Source of the DNA: an uncultured virus (IMG/VR IMGVR_UViG_3300048905_000045)
Lineage: Duplodnaviria > Heunggongvirae > Uroviricota > Caudoviricetes
Length of the DNA: 64,000 nucleotides
IMG/VR virus record: IMGVR_UViG_3300048905_000045
Strand: one strand, 5' to 3'
The translations under genes were made by a program, and so were the position numbers. This document shows positions 17,967 through 27,874 of the stretch, in pieces. The notes under the pieces are model-generated. The model searched no databases. It had not been told where the DNA came from and saw only the letters and a list, made by a program, of their open reading frames with translations. Numbering within the stretch: position 1 is the first letter of the stretch; every line of letters starts with the position of its first letter.

Positions 17967-19556
17967 TTAGCCGATGACCACGCCGTTGCCGTCAACTTCA
18001 CACGGCATCCACGGCATTTCCAGCGACTCCGGCTTGCCCCAGCGCATGTGCGTCGGGAAGTGCCGGGTGCGGACCCGGGGGAACCGGGTCTTCATGAACT
18101 CGTACACACCCTCGGTGTCCATCGGCGCCAGTCCGAAGCCGAAGTCCGGCCACTTCAGGAACGTCGATGATCCGTACGGGCGGACACTGCGTTTCGTGTC
18201 CCCCGGCGCACGGTGCGGGGCGTGGTGCTCCATGATGAACGCCGTCCCGCAAATGCCGCGGGCGTCGTTCACCGCCTTCTTGATCTTCCGCGCCGTCTCG
18301 TCATCCTTCAGGTCCTTCGACGAGAGGTTGTAGAGCGGGCCGATGACCATGAGCTGAGGCTTGTACGCGCGGACCCGTTCCTGCAACCACGCGTGGCCGT
18401 CCTCGGAGGTGAGGTCCAGGTCGTTGTCCCACTCCTCGATCACGGTCAGCATCCCCGGCTGGAGGTTGTACCCGTGCCGGGCACAGCGCCCGATCAGGTC
18501 CTTCCACGAGTCGAGCACCTGATCCGGGTGGTTCTCCGAGTCCACGATCACGGTCCGCACCGGCGGCATCGCGAGTCCCGTCCACGGGTGCATCCCCGCG
18601 GCCGCCATCACCCCAAGCTGGCGGCACAGTGTGGACTTCCCGTGACCCTCGAAGCCGGTCAGCAGGAACCGGTCCCCTTGGGCGAGGACGTTCGGGATCA
18701 CGAACGACGTCGGCGAGATGATCCGCTTGATGACGTCGAGGACGTCCACCCCGTAGGAGGTGCGGGACTCGTCGACCTCGGCGATGGTTTCGAGCAGGGA
18801 GCCGAGTGAGCCGCCCTTCTCGAAATGCTCGGTGATGTCCTTCGCCCCGTTCATCGGTTCCTTCACCGACACCAAGCACCCGAGGTTCGCGAGCTGTTCG
18901 CGGACCTGCCGTGCGTGGGTCCGGCCCGGGGTGTCCGTGTCCGGGATGATGACGATGCTCGCCGGGGCGAGCAGTTCCGAGTACGCCATCGTCCACTTGC
19001 CCGCCCCCATCGGCGAGGTGGTTGCGACTTCCCCGCGCCGCCGCAACGTCTCAACATCCTTCTCGCCCTCGACGATGTAGATGGTCCGGCCCTCGTCCCG
19101 CGCGGCCAGCACTTCCGGGAGCCGGTACGGAACCCGGCGCACCCCGTCCATGTTCCACGTCCACCCGGTCTTTTTCTCCGGGTCGGGGTGGCGCTGGCGG
19201 AACGTCTTCTGTCCTCCCTCCTGCGGTATGCGCAGGACCTCGAACAGCAGGACGCCGTTCTCGTCGTAGTACGGGTAGATATGCGACGCCGGTCCGGCCG
19301 GTGTCCATTCCCCCTGCGGTGCGGACGTGTCCATTTCGTCCCGCGGTTTCATCAGCGACTGCGGGTCGATCCGGCCTTCGAGGAGAATGTCCTCGATCCG
19401 GCAGTTTGCGTGGCAGGTCATGACAACGGGCTGGGTGGTGCCCGGCGCCACGTGCAGGCTGGCGTTCCCGTCATCATGGGCGGGGCAAGGGGTCATCGAC
19501 TGCTCCCCCGCCTTCGCCAGTTCAATAGACTCCGTCAAGCTGAGAGTCTGTCTCAT
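17967..19556 (-). CDS. DNA primase/helicase (Zn-finger, TOPRIM and RecA-like helicase)
   Basis: CPAHDD...CHANC; IVEGEKD; PDTDTPG; Walker A GFEGHGKST; GSS motif. Confidence 0.92.
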   Translation of the reverse strand: MRQTLSLTESIELAKAGEQSMTPCPAHDDGNASLHVAPGTTQPVVMTCHANCRIEDILLEGRIDPQSLMKPRDEMDTSAPQGEWTPAGPASHIYPYYDENGVLLFEVLRIPQEGGQKTFRQRHPDPEKKTGWTWNMDGVRRVPYRLPEVLAARDEGRTIYIVEGEKDVETLRRRGEVATTSPMGAGKWTMAYSELLAPASIVIIPDTDTPGRTHARQVREQLANLGCLVSVKEPMNGAKDITEHFEKGGSLGSLLETIAEVDESRTSYGVDVLDVIKRIISPTSFVIPNVLAQGDRFLLTGFEGHGKSTLCRQLGVMAAAGMHPWTGLAMPPVRTVIVDSENHPDQVLDSWKDLIGRCARHGYNLQPGMLTVIEEWDNDLDLTSEDGHAWLQERVRAYKPQLMVIGPLYNLSSKDLKDDETARKIKKAVNDARGICGTAFIMEHHAPHRAPGDTKRSVRPYGSSTFLKWPDFGFGLAPMDTEGVYEFMKTRFPRVRTRHFPTHMRWGKPESLEMPWMPCEVDGNGVVIG

Positions 19557-19611
19557 GCGTCCTTCTTTCTAGCTGGCCGTCCTGAGTGACGACCGGTCGT
19601 CAGGTTGTTGG

Positions 19612-19875
19612 TTAGTCGGCGACGTGGTGCCACGGCCGCGCTTTGTTCGCGGCGGCCTGCGCCTTGCGTTCCTTCACCAAAGCTTCCTGCGCGTCGGCCA
19701 GATACCACCGCAACCACTCCGCACTGGTCGGTTGCTGGTGCTTCTCCGCCTTCACCACCGAGTAGCGGGCGATGTGGATGGGGATGTCGACGAGGTCGTT
19801 CTTGATGGACCGGGCCGTGGCCAGCGCCTGCTCCGTTGGTTGCCATGTTTTCCGTGATGAGTCCGAGTCCGTCAC
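19612..19875 (-). CDS. Probable C-terminal half of the replication initiator (DnaT-like), separately translated
   Basis: GGAG-6nt-GTG; 'WQPTEQAL...EWLRW'; same frame as the HTH gene upstream. Confidence 0.6.
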   Translation of the reverse strand: MTDSDSSRKTWQPTEQALATARSIKNDLVDIPIHIARYSVVKAEKHQQPTSAEWLRWYLADAQEALVKERKAQAAANKARPWHHVAD

Positions 19876-20013
19876 GGCACTCTCCAATCTTCTGAATCCG
19901 TGATGATGTTGTGGCCGTCGCGCGAGCCTCCCACTTAAGTAGGTGACGACACCAGCAACACCGTTTTGTGATGGTGGTTAAAGAGATGGTGGTTCCCTGA
20001 TGGTTCATAGGAG

Positions 20014-20091
20014 CCCCAGTTCAGGGGTCGCGGAACCCCAGTTCCGGGGTGGGGGTGAGCCCTAGTTCCGGGGTGAACTTTCTTCAGGGGT
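20014..20091 (-). repeat. Four iteron-like direct repeats, putative origin of replication
   Basis: ACCCC(G/T)GAACT(A/G)GGG at 20014-20028, 20036-20050, 20060-20074 and partial 20083-20091. Confidence 0.75.
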
Positions 20092-20367
20092 GATCCCCGG
20101 TTCCTCTTTTTGGGCAGGGAACAGGAGCCGGTACATGGTGGATTTTCCGGCCCGAACTTCCCGGTCCAGATACCCCTTCTCGGAGAGTTCCTTGATGACG
20201 TCCCTAGCCCACCGTTCGGAGCACCGGGCTTTCTTTGCCAGCCTTGGAATGGACGGCCAGCAACGGCCCTCATCATCGGCGTGGTCAGCGAGGCATAGCT
20301 GGATCAGCAGAGTGGTCTGATCGAACGGGCTCTCGTCCCATACGCGGGACATAATCTTGATGCTCAA
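20062..20367 (-). CDS. Winged-HTH replication initiator N-terminal domain
   Basis: AAGGAG RBS, TTG; 'MSIKIMSRVW...LADHADDEGRCWPSIPRLAKKARCSERWARDVIKEL'. Confidence 0.85.
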   Translation of the reverse strand: MSIKIMSRVWDESPFDQTTLLIQLCLADHADDEGRCWPSIPRLAKKARCSERWARDVIKELSEKGYLDREVRAGKSTMYRLLFPAQKEEPGITPEESSPRN

Positions 20368-20466
20368 ACGCTTCTCCTTGGGTTTTGCTGGGGAGACGAA
20401 CGAGGCATCAGGTAGAGTGGACCTTGCGGCACGTACCGTTTCCAGATGCCTCATACATCTGATGGA

Positions 20467-20500
20467 GAAAGCCTCCGGCTCCTAACCCGGGGGCTTTTTC
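20467..20500. terminator. Terminator-like hairpin
   Basis: GAAAGCCTCCGG-8nt-CCGGGGGCTTTTTC. Confidence 0.6.
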
Positions 20501-20580
20501 ATGCTCACCATATCCCAAGAAATCTGACGTTATTGACAGGTAGAATGGGAGGGCGAGTTTCTTTCTGGTTGGTAGCCAAA

Positions 20581-20623
20581 CACTGAGGCCCCGTCTGCTT
20601 AGACCACAGACGGGGCCTCAGTG
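20581..20623 (-). terminator. Intrinsic terminator, 17-bp perfect stem
   Basis: CACTGAGGCCCCGTCTG/CAGACGGGGCCTCAGTG then TTT on the minus strand. Confidence 0.8.
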
Positions 20624-20631
20624 CTGTCCGG

Positions 20632-21066
20632 CTACGGGCGGTCGTCGTCCGCGGGCCAGCCGTGGTCTTCCGACGGCGGCTCCTCGTCGACGCCGTACCC
20701 CAGCGACGGGTCGTAACCCTCGACCGGGCCATCTTCTCCCGGGCCCTCCTCGGGGTCCACGTCCGGGGTCACCGGCACGGCAGTGAAGGTTCCGGCCAGC
20801 TCGGGGAACTGTTCGAGCAGGGCCTTGATCTTGTCCTCGGCCTTCTCCTGCTCGGTCTTGCGCCGGGTGTAGACGAGCCCGGCGGCCTTGAACTTGGCCT
20901 CCGCAATCTCGTGCAGTTCGCCGCGGTGCCGGTCGATGACCTCGCGCTCGGCTTCGTTGCGCAGACGGTTCTTGATCTGCTGTTCGGATTCGACCGGCTC
21001 GGCCTCGGCTACCTTGGCGGCGGTTGCCTTGGCGGCGGCGGGCTTACGGGTGGTTGCTGTTGCCAT
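20632..21066 (-). CDS. Hypothetical protein with basic N-tail and acidic C-tail
   Basis: AGGAG RBS; MATATTRKPAAAK. Confidence 0.8.
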   Translation of the reverse strand: MATATTRKPAAAKATAAKVAEAEPVESEQQIKNRLRNEAEREVIDRHRGELHEIAEAKFKAAGLVYTRRKTEQEKAEDKIKALLEQFPELAGTFTAVPVTPDVDPEEGPGEDGPVEGYDPSLGYGVDEEPPSEDHGWPADDDRP

Positions 21067-21128
21067 TGCTGTTGTCTCCTGTTGTGTGATGGTGCGAACT
21101 GGTTGGTAGCTGACGACCGGTCGTCAGG

Positions 21129-21740
21129 TTAGATTCCCGACGGCGGCCAGTCCTGACCCGGCTGGGCGGCGGGCGGCTGACCGTACCCGGGCTGTACCGG
21201 AGGCTGGCCATACCCCGGCTGGGCGGGGGGCTGTCCGTATCCGGGCTGGGGCTGTCCGTAACCGGGCTGGGGCTGGGCATACTGCGGCTGGGGGGCGCCG
21301 TATGCGGGCTGTGCGGGCGGCTGGGCCTGCTGTTGCTGGCCGTATCCCTGCGCCGCCTGCTGGGGTGCGGGCTGGTTGGAGTGCGGCGTGGCACGGAACC
21401 GGTTGGACGGGCCGAAGCTGGACTCGAAGTCGAACTTCAGTTCCAGCGAAGTCTTCTTCTCGCCCTCCTTCGTCTCGTACGCACGGGTGTGAATCTTCGC
21501 GTTGGTGACGAGGACAAGGTCCTTGTCCTTCAGCGAGTTCGCCGCGTTCTCGGCCATGTCGCGCCACAGATCGGCCGTGACCCACAGGGTTTCGGTGTCG
21601 TCGTACTTGCCGGTGGTTTCGTTCTTCCTCTGGTCGTTGGCGACGAGCCGGAGCTTCAGGTTCGCCGCGCCGTTAGGGGTGAACTTCAGGTCGGGGTCGC
21701 CGAACAGGCGGAACTCGCCACTGATACGGGGGAGGGACAT
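21129..21740 (-). CDS. ssb: Single-stranded DNA-binding protein
   Basis: OB-fold motifs '[10 protein letters not shown]', '[12 protein letters not shown]'; QPGYGQP repeats in the tail. Confidence 0.9.
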   Translation of the reverse strand: MSLPRISGEFRLFGDPDLKFTPNGAANLKLRLVANDQRKNETTGKYDDTETLWVTADLWRDMAENAANSLKDKDLVLVTNAKIHTRAYETKEGEKKTSLELKFDFESSFGPSNRFRATPHSNQPAPQQAAQGYGQQQQAQPPAQPAYGAPQPQYAQPQPGYGQPQPGYGQPPAQPGYGQPPVQPGYGQPPAAQPGQDWPPSGI

Positions 21741-22031
21741 TTACTTCTTACCTTTCTTCGCGGGAATCCACTCGAAGTAGACGTCACCGTACCGGTGCCC
21801 GTCAGTTTCCTCTACTGAATGCCTCATGCTGACTTTGATACGTCCCTCATCCGTGACGAACGGGGGTCGGTTGTATGCCCTGACGGACTTGATGGTGGTC
21901 ATGCGTACGTGTTCGCCTGCAAGCACCGCCATGTCAGGATTTTCTTTGGCGAGCTGTGCGATAGCGTCCCAGTCGTAGACTTGCGCGGGCCATCGCGCTG
22001 GGGGCACTGAACTAACGAGCTTCCCTTCCAT
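21741..22031 (-). CDS. Hypothetical protein
   Basis: AAAGGAG RBS; abuts ssb. Confidence 0.75.
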   Translation of the reverse strand: MEGKLVSSVPPARWPAQVYDWDAIAQLAKENPDMAVLAGEHVRMTTIKSVRAYNRPPFVTDEGRIKVSMRHSVEETDGHRYGDVYFEWIPAKKGKK

Positions 22032-22167
22032 GTGAATGTGTCTCCTTTGTGGGCTGGCCGCCGCACCCGACGGGGGATGTCAGGCACGGCGGCCAGCGGT
22101 CATTGTCTAGCCAGAGTGGTCGTTAAAGTCTACACTTTCCCCGGCAAAAGCGCAGACATTCTCTGGA

Positions 22168-22596
22168 CTAGAGGGAGGAGCCGAGGTGACGCTGAGCCAG
22201 CGCGCCGAGGTCGGCGACGTTCTTCGTCAGGCTCCCGAGCGCTTCGAGAATCTGAGCCTGACCCTGCTCCAGATCGGCGATGCGCTGGCCCTTGGACTTC
22301 TTGCCGTCCGACGTCACGGCCTCATCCTCGTCCTGCTCGGCGGCCGGTTCCGGCACGACGACCGGGGCGGGGCGCTGGGACAGACCGGCCTCGTGCAGGA
22401 TGGTGGCGACCTCACGCTTGGACACGCCGTAACGGGCGTTGGCGGTCTCGGCGATGGCGTCGACGATGTCGTACTCGCGGGCCTCCAGCGCTTCGCTCAC
22501 CTTGGCGATGGCCGGGGCGTACTGGCTGGTGGTGTCGATGCCAAGTTCGGCGGAGACGACGACGGTGACGGTGGAGTTGATGGTTGCAACGGTCAT
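22168..22596 (-). CDS. Hypothetical protein
   Basis: Palindrome then GAAGGA RBS then ATG. Confidence 0.8.
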   Translation of the reverse strand: MTVATINSTVTVVVSAELGIDTTSQYAPAIAKVSEALEAREYDIVDAIAETANARYGVSKREVATILHEAGLSQRPAPVVVPEPAAEQDEDEAVTSDGKKSKGQRIADLEQGQAQILEALGSLTKNVADLGALAQRHLGSSL

Positions 22597-22712
22597 GATG
22601 ATGGTTCCTTCGGTTTCGGTTGGTGTACCTGACGACTGGTCGTCAGGGTAGGTGGACGGTGTGTCCGGGAACGGCAGGGACTTTCGCCCCTGCCGGACCC
22701 GCACGCCCCGTG

Positions 22713-24062
22713 CTAGTCGTCGGAGGAGGAGTAATCCTCGACGGTCCAGTCGTCAATCTCGATGTCATCGACGCCGGAGAGCATGCTCTCCAGCGCGTCC
22801 TGCACATCGGAGTTGCTGATGTAGTTGGACATGGAGTCGGTGTCGCCTTCGCACTCGACGTCGGAGATGGTGACGGTGGCGCTGGAGGTGGCCCGCAGGT
22901 TGGACAGTTCCAGCGTCATGCCGGTGCTGTTGCTGACCGCCCGGTCGATGGTGGATGACGGCGAGCCGATGTCAAAGGTGAAGTCGACGCTGACCTCGAC
23001 GTCGTACTTCCGGTTCCGGCCGGTCATGCCGATGCTCGTGACGATGTCCTCATACTCGGAGCACCACCCTTTCTCTTTGGCGAGTTCGTTCAGCGCATCG
23101 TTGAACTCGGTGAAGGACACTTCCAACTGGCGGGCCTCGGTGCGGAGCCGTGCCGCCTTCGTCGCGGCAGTGACCTGATCGTCCGCCGTCAGTTCGGGAC
23201 GTTCGGGGATGGCAAGCTCGGCCCACCGGATGCTCTCGTGCCCGGGCAGGTTCTGCTCCGTGGTGCGGTGCCCGAGGTCGGACGGGTCATTGGTGAAGGT
23301 GTGCAGGTAGCCGTCGGAAACGAACCCGGCAGTGTTGTTCGCCGGGTCTGCCGGGCCGGTGAACACCGCCAGCTTCAGCGCCGCCCGCTCGTCCCTGTTC
23401 AGCGGCTCGGACCAGACAAGGTACTCCCGGCCCACGACCCGCTCCGGGTTCAGCGCCACCTGCCCCGCCATGTTCGTCACGGCCAGCCCGCGGGTCGGCC
23501 CGTCGGCGGCGTTGTCGATGAAGCGCACCACCTCGGGGACCGGAATCTCTGCGACCAGATCCTCCTCGGTCACTGACGACCGGTCGTCACTGGTGGGCTG
23601 GACCTCGATGTAGTGCGCCGACTCCACGTAGTTTTCCACCGGGGTGTCCCGTTCGGAGAAGTGCGGGGCGGTGCCGCGGCCGCCGATGATCGACCACGGG
23701 TTGTACGCCCGGTGCCGGTCGCCGCGGTGGTCCTCGTCGTTGTAGCGGACGAGGTAGCTGGCGCCCTCACGCTCGCCGAGAACCCGGTAGGTCCGGCCGT
23801 TCACCGGGGTCGGGTCGACGATGGCGCCGCGGAGCCGGAGCGTGGAGGTCGGGCCGTCGAACAGCCAGCCGTCCCCGGACCCGGCGGCCATGACGTACTG
23901 GAAGGTGCCGATGTACTCCTGCCCGGCGGGGGTGGTGGAGCCCGTGACCCAGAGCATCAGTTGCTGGGCGGCGACGGACATGATCGGGGTCGGGTTGGCC
24001 ACCACCGGGGTGTCGGAGGCGGGCGGGCGGACCATGGTGCGTGTCAGTGTGGCGAGGGGCAT
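22713..24062 (-). CDS. 449-aa hypothetical protein with acidic C-terminus
   Basis: Long ORF with RBS; contains a palindrome read as DDRSS. Confidence 0.85.
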   Translation of the reverse strand: MPLATLTRTMVRPPASDTPVVANPTPIMSVAAQQLMLWVTGSTTPAGQEYIGTFQYVMAAGSGDGWLFDGPTSTLRLRGAIVDPTPVNGRTYRVLGEREGASYLVRYNDEDHRGDRHRAYNPWSIIGGRGTAPHFSERDTPVENYVESAHYIEVQPTSDDRSSVTEEDLVAEIPVPEVVRFIDNAADGPTRGLAVTNMAGQVALNPERVVGREYLVWSEPLNRDERAALKLAVFTGPADPANNTAGFVSDGYLHTFTNDPSDLGHRTTEQNLPGHESIRWAELAIPERPELTADDQVTAATKAARLRTEARQLEVSFTEFNDALNELAKEKGWCSEYEDIVTSIGMTGRNRKYDVEVSVDFTFDIGSPSSTIDRAVSNSTGMTLELSNLRATSSATVTISDVECEGDTDSMSNYISNSDVQDALESMLSGVDDIEIDDWTVEDYSSSDD

Positions 24063-24077
24063 GACAGTGGTTCCCTT

Positions 24078-24989
24078 CTAGGAAGCGAGAGTACGGAGGA
24101 CGGGGGACAGGGAGAACGAGCCCATGCTGAGGCTGTAGTCATCGAACCGGGACCGGGCCGAGGACGTGATGGTGCTGGAATTGATCGCCGTGAACGACGA
24201 GTCGGGGGTGATGGAGAGCGAGGCCATGAACTTCACCGGCACGCTGATGCGCTGGTCGAGGCGGGCGTCGTCGGAGTACGTCCGGCCGGTGAGCCTCGTG
24301 ACCCGGTCCCGTTCGGTCTGGTTCAGGTCCGAGTAGCGTGTGGTGGACGCGCCGTCGACGGCCATCATCACATCGCCTTCGACGTACGCACCGAAGGCCG
24401 GGCGCGGGATGTCGTGGTCCTCGCGCAGGGGTTCGAGGTCCTTGTTCCAGTCCCGTTCCATGGCCTCGGTGAGGATGACCCGCATGGCGTTGCGCCGCTT
24501 GTGCAGTTCCCTCGCCAGCGTGATCTTCGCGGCGATGACGTCGGCGCTGTCGCCGGGTTCGGGCATACACCGGGCGGCCCACGGCGCGGCCTTCAGCCAC
24601 ACCGCGACCCGGTACTGGTTGCCGCCGCCGGGCCGCTTCTTCCCGTCGGAGCGGACGCACCCGGCGAGGATGGCGACGGTGCCGATGTTCATGGTCCCGT
24701 AGTATTCGCCGACGACGAAGTGCCCGTCGTCGAGCAGGCCGATGTGGGGCTGGTAGTTCGGCGAGTTGCGGCTGATGGGTGCGCCGTCGACGAAGTGCCC
24801 GTCGGTGGTGACCCGCCAGAATTTACCGGAGCCGGTGTCGTAGCCGTTCTCCTTGACGGTGACGATGGTGCCGACGAGGCTGTCGCGGACCCGGGGGTAC
24901 GCTTCCTCCGTGACGTAGAGGCGGTCGGCCTTCAGGGTCATGTCCTGCACGGGGTCGAGGTAGAACTTCATGTCGCTGGCGGGGATCAT
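24078..24989 (-). CDS. Hypothetical protein
   Basis: GAAAGGA RBS, ATG 24989. Confidence 0.8.
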   Translation of the reverse strand: MIPASDMKFYLDPVQDMTLKADRLYVTEEAYPRVRDSLVGTIVTVKENGYDTGSGKFWRVTTDGHFVDGAPISRNSPNYQPHIGLLDDGHFVVGEYYGTMNIGTVAILAGCVRSDGKKRPGGGNQYRVAVWLKAAPWAARCMPEPGDSADVIAAKITLARELHKRRNAMRVILTEAMERDWNKDLEPLREDHDIPRPAFGAYVEGDVMMAVDGASTTRYSDLNQTERDRVTRLTGRTYSDDARLDQRISVPVKFMASLSITPDSSFTAINSSTITSSARSRFDDYSLSMGSFSLSPVLRTLAS

Positions 24990-25282
24990 TGCGGGTTCCT
25001 TTCTGTACCTGACGACCGGTCGGCAGGCAGGTGCTGGATGGTGATGGCGTAGAGGCCGATGATGGCCTCGAACTCTTGGACGTCCGGCTGGGCGAACGCC
25101 TTCTTTGCGGCGGCAACGTAGGAGTTGACGTCCGCGGGGTCGACCTTGTGCTCGGCGAGCAGGGTCCGGTAGGTGCGTTCCATGGTGTCGGCCCGGCGGA
25201 CCTTTACCTTGAACGTCTCCTCTTTTGTGGCGTAGTTGTATTCCCGGACCACCCATCGGGGCGGCCGGTTGTTGTCAGCCAT
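24986..25282 (-). CDS. Hypothetical protein
   Basis: Operon packing. Confidence 0.7.
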   Translation of the reverse strand: MADNNRPPRWVVREYNYATKEETFKVKVRRADTMERTYRTLLAEHKVDPADVNSYVAAAKKAFAQPDVQEFEAIIGLYAITIQHLPADRSSGTERNPQ

Positions 25283-25285
25283 GGC

Positions 25286-25471
25286 TTACTCGCCGGGCGG
25301 AGTGGCGGCGGGGACGTACTCGTCGAAGAAGCGTTCGAGCGAATCGCCGGGGCGTTCCGATCCGTTGATGACGAGCGCATCGAAGTGCTCGGCGGCATCG
25401 GCCGGGGAGCAGACGGCAACCGCGGCCAGCGTCTCATAGAAGATCGGCGATGCGCTGAAGTTACTGGCCAT
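25286..25471 (-). CDS. Hypothetical protein
   Basis: Operon packing. Confidence 0.65.
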   Translation of the reverse strand: MASNFSASPIFYETLAAVAVCSPADAAEHFDALVINGSERPGDSLERFFDEYVPAATPPGE

Positions 25472-25739
25472 GCGGACGCACCCCCGCCCTCAGTGCGGTG
25501 TCGCGGACCTGCTTGGCCAGCGCCTCCGGGTCCAGCCTGCCGGTGTCACCGTCGAGGAGGGCGACGACGGCACGGGCCAGATGCCCGACGGCGTCGGTCT
25601 TTACTTCGGCCGGGACCGTGCGGCTGTCGGCCAGCACGGCGAGCTGGACGAACAGGGTGACGATGCGTGTCTCGGCCTCCCCTTGGGGGTGGAGCATGGC
25701 GTCGGCGTGCCGCTCCATGTTGCTCTCGGGTTCGGGCAT
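25461..25739 (-). CDS. Hypothetical protein
   Basis: Palindrome then GAAAGAG RBS. Confidence 0.75.
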   Translation of the reverse strand: MPEPESNMERHADAMLHPQGEAETRIVTLFVQLAVLADSRTVPAEVKTDAVGHLARAVVALLDGDTGRLDPEALAKQVRDTALRAGVRPHGQ

Positions 25740-25794
25740 TGCGTTTCTCTTTCCGTTGGTAGCGGGGTGACGACCGGTCGTCAGGTCGTCGGGT

Positions 25795-26070
25795 CTAGGT
25801 GAACCACGATAAGCATTCGGAACAGAAGCTCGGCGGGTCCGGCAGGGCGGCCAGCCGGATCGGGAAGTTCCGGCGGGCGCAGTCCACTTCATCATCACGG
25901 TCGATGTTGAACTGGGCGGCAATCTCGTCGAGTTCATCCTCGGCGGTGAGGTCGCCGGGGACGTGCTCGTCGTCAAGCCATGCGTTCCACGGCTCGTCGT
26001 CTGTCAGCTTGGAGACGATGTCTCGTTCGCAGAACAGGTCGCCGTGCCATTGATAGGCGGTGTGTGTCAC
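25795..26070 (-). CDS. Hypothetical acidic protein with C-terminal CxxC
   Basis: Palindrome then AAGGAG RBS, GTG. Confidence 0.75.
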   Translation of the reverse strand: MTHTAYQWHGDLFCERDIVSKLTDDEPWNAWLDDEHVPGDLTAEDELDEIAAQFNIDRDDEVDCARRNFPIRLAALPDPPSFCSECLSWFT

Positions 26071-26171
26071 ATGCTCTCTCCTTAGTAGGTGACGACCGGT
26101 CGTCATGCTGTCCGGTCGGCGCGGCGGTTGCCGCGGTGTGTCGCTGGGACGCAGTGGCCCCGACTCCATCT

Positions 26172-26200
26172 ATGGTAGCACAATGGTCAGACAATGTCAA
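26172..26200 (-). promoter_or_regulatory. Sigma-A-like promoter
   Basis: TTGACA-17-TACCAT with extended -10 TG. Confidence 0.85.
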
Positions 26201-26208
26201 ATCGTTGG

Positions 26209-26628
26209 TCAGTCCATTGTGCGGACCATGTGGAGCCGGACGAAATGCTCGGCCGATTCCCTCCGCTCCGTCAGCGGCGAGTGGTATTTGCCGCACGTGC
26301 ACCACGACCGCCACATCTCGCGCTTGCCGATGGGCTCTGCCATCTGCTCGGTCCGGTCGATCATGTGCACCGGCACGGGTGGCTGGGAGTGCGCCTCGTA
26401 CCACTTCTGGATACGGGGGATGTCGGTCTTGCGGATCGTGTTGTAGACGACGTTGGTGATCGTCGTCCGTGACACCTGATACTGCGCGGCGAGGTCGGCT
26501 GACGGAATCCCGTCGGCGTACTGGCGCTGGATGTCCTTCATGGCACCGGCCGAGAGCTTCCGCCTCCGGCCCACCGCGTCGTAGTAGAAGTCCTGCTTCG
26601 GTTTCACTGCCACTTTCTTCTTGACCAT
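26209..26628 (-). CDS. HTH DNA-binding protein with C-terminal C/H motif
   Basis: 'GIPSADLAAQYQVSRTTITNVV'; WCTCG...H..H. Confidence 0.75.
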   Translation of the reverse strand: MVKKKVAVKPKQDFYYDAVGRRRKLSAGAMKDIQRQYADGIPSADLAAQYQVSRTTITNVVYNTIRKTDIPRIQKWYEAHSQPPVPVHMIDRTEQMAEPIGKREMWRSWCTCGKYHSPLTERRESAEHFVRLHMVRTMD

Positions 26629-26727
26629 GCGAGGTCCTTTCATGCGTGACGACTGGTCGTCAGTTGGTTTGCCGGGAAGGCACCACCGCCCACGCCCCTC
26701 GAACGTGGACGGCGGAACCTCACCGGA

Positions 26728-27162
26728 TCAGGATGCGGCCGCCCGGCACTCGGCATTCGCGGCCTTCGCCTTCGGGACCAGCGCATCGAACTTCGGGCTG
26801 ACGACCTCCATGTTCGCGTTGGCCTTCTCCAGCCCTTCCACGTTCAGCCGACCGGCGGCCTGCACCGCGTCGTTGAGGTAGCCGATGATGTCCCCGGCGT
26901 AGCTGAAGCCCTCAGCGGACAGGTCCAGCGCGGTGAGGCAGGACTGCGGCGTGACCTCGACGCGCTTCTCGACCTCCTTGGTGACGATGCGCTCCGGGCC
27001 GGGGACCTGCACCGGGTCGGGCCGGTTCATGGTGCCGAGGCCGAGGCCCAGCACGAGGGTGGCGACGGGCAGGATCACGACCGCCTTCTTCCACCACGGC
27101 TTCGGCTTCGGGCCCGGGGCGAGGGGCTGGGTGTACTGCCAGTCAAGGTTCTGCTGTGTCAT
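26728..27162 (-). CDS. Membrane-anchored protein
   Basis: KPWWKK followed by a TM helix. Confidence 0.8.
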   Translation of the reverse strand: MTQQNLDWQYTQPLAPGPKPKPWWKKAVVILPVATLVLGLGLGTMNRPDPVQVPGPERIVTKEVEKRVEVTPQSCLTALDLSAEGFSYAGDIIGYLNDAVQAAGRLNVEGLEKANANMEVVSPKFDALVPKAKAANAECRAAAS

Positions 27163-27225
27163 GGTGTTCTCTCTCTGGTTGGTTGGTAGCTGGTAGCTGG
27201 GTGACGACTGGTCGTCAGGGTGTGG

Positions 27226-27504
27226 TTACTTCAGGCCCGCCGCGTCCATGGCTTTGCGCACCGTCGGGTTCGGTTCATAGCCGGGCACGATGCGGCGCAG
27301 TTCCTCCACGGTCAGGCGGAGCAGGGCCTTCTTCTGCGGGCGGGTGCCCTCCGGGACGATGCCGAGGGCACGGGCCGCGGCGAGGGTGGACCTCCGGTTC
27401 GACAGGCGCAGGGTGGTGCGCAGTTCCACCGCGAGGCCGGAGGCGAGGACGATCAGGGACGTGATGCGGGCCGGGTCCGCCGCTCCGGGGGTCAGCTCTG
27501 CCAC
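27226..27504 (-). CDS. Hypothetical basic protein
   Basis: GAAGGA RBS, GTG. Confidence 0.7.
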   Translation of the reverse strand: MAELTPGAADPARITSLIVLASGLAVELRTTLRLSNRRSTLAAARALGIVPEGTRPQKKALLRLTVEELRRIVPGYEPNPTVRKAMDAAGLK

Positions 27505-27839
27505 TGCGCATCCTTCGGCTCCGGCTGGGGCAGGTCCTCGACCTCGGTGGTGACGATGACGATGGTGCGCTTCACGAGCTGGTGTTCGGCCGTGAACTTG
27601 GCGAGGTCGAGCTTCGCGGCCTGCGCCTGCTCCTTCAGGTAGGCGTCCCAGTATTTGTCGGAGTGGAAGCGGGCGGTCATGCTCAGTTCGGCGAAGACGA
27701 CGGTCCGGCCGGGGGCCACACTCATCTGCTCCCACTTGATGCTCCCGTCGGGGAAGCGCATCCCGTGCTGGGTCTGGATGATGGTGGTCGGGTCGATGGT
27801 GGGTACGGCGAGGGTGAAGCTCTGCGTGTTGTCGCTCAT
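27492..27839 (-). CDS. Hypothetical protein
   Basis: Palindrome then GAAAGAG RBS. Confidence 0.8.
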   Translation of the reverse strand: MSDNTQSFTLAVPTIDPTTIIQTQHGMRFPDGSIKWEQMSVAPGRTVVFAELSMTARFHSDKYWDAYLKEQAQAAKLDLAKFTAEHQLVKRTIVIVTTEVEDLPQPEPKDAQWQS

Positions 27840-27874
27840 GGTTCTCTTTCTGGTGGTGACGACCGGTCGTCAGG

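Noticed and set aside
19978..20064. Genome-wide stop-codon reassignment to explain the interrupted initiator
   Set aside because: Three different stops are involved, all other genes end normally and no suppressor tRNA was seen
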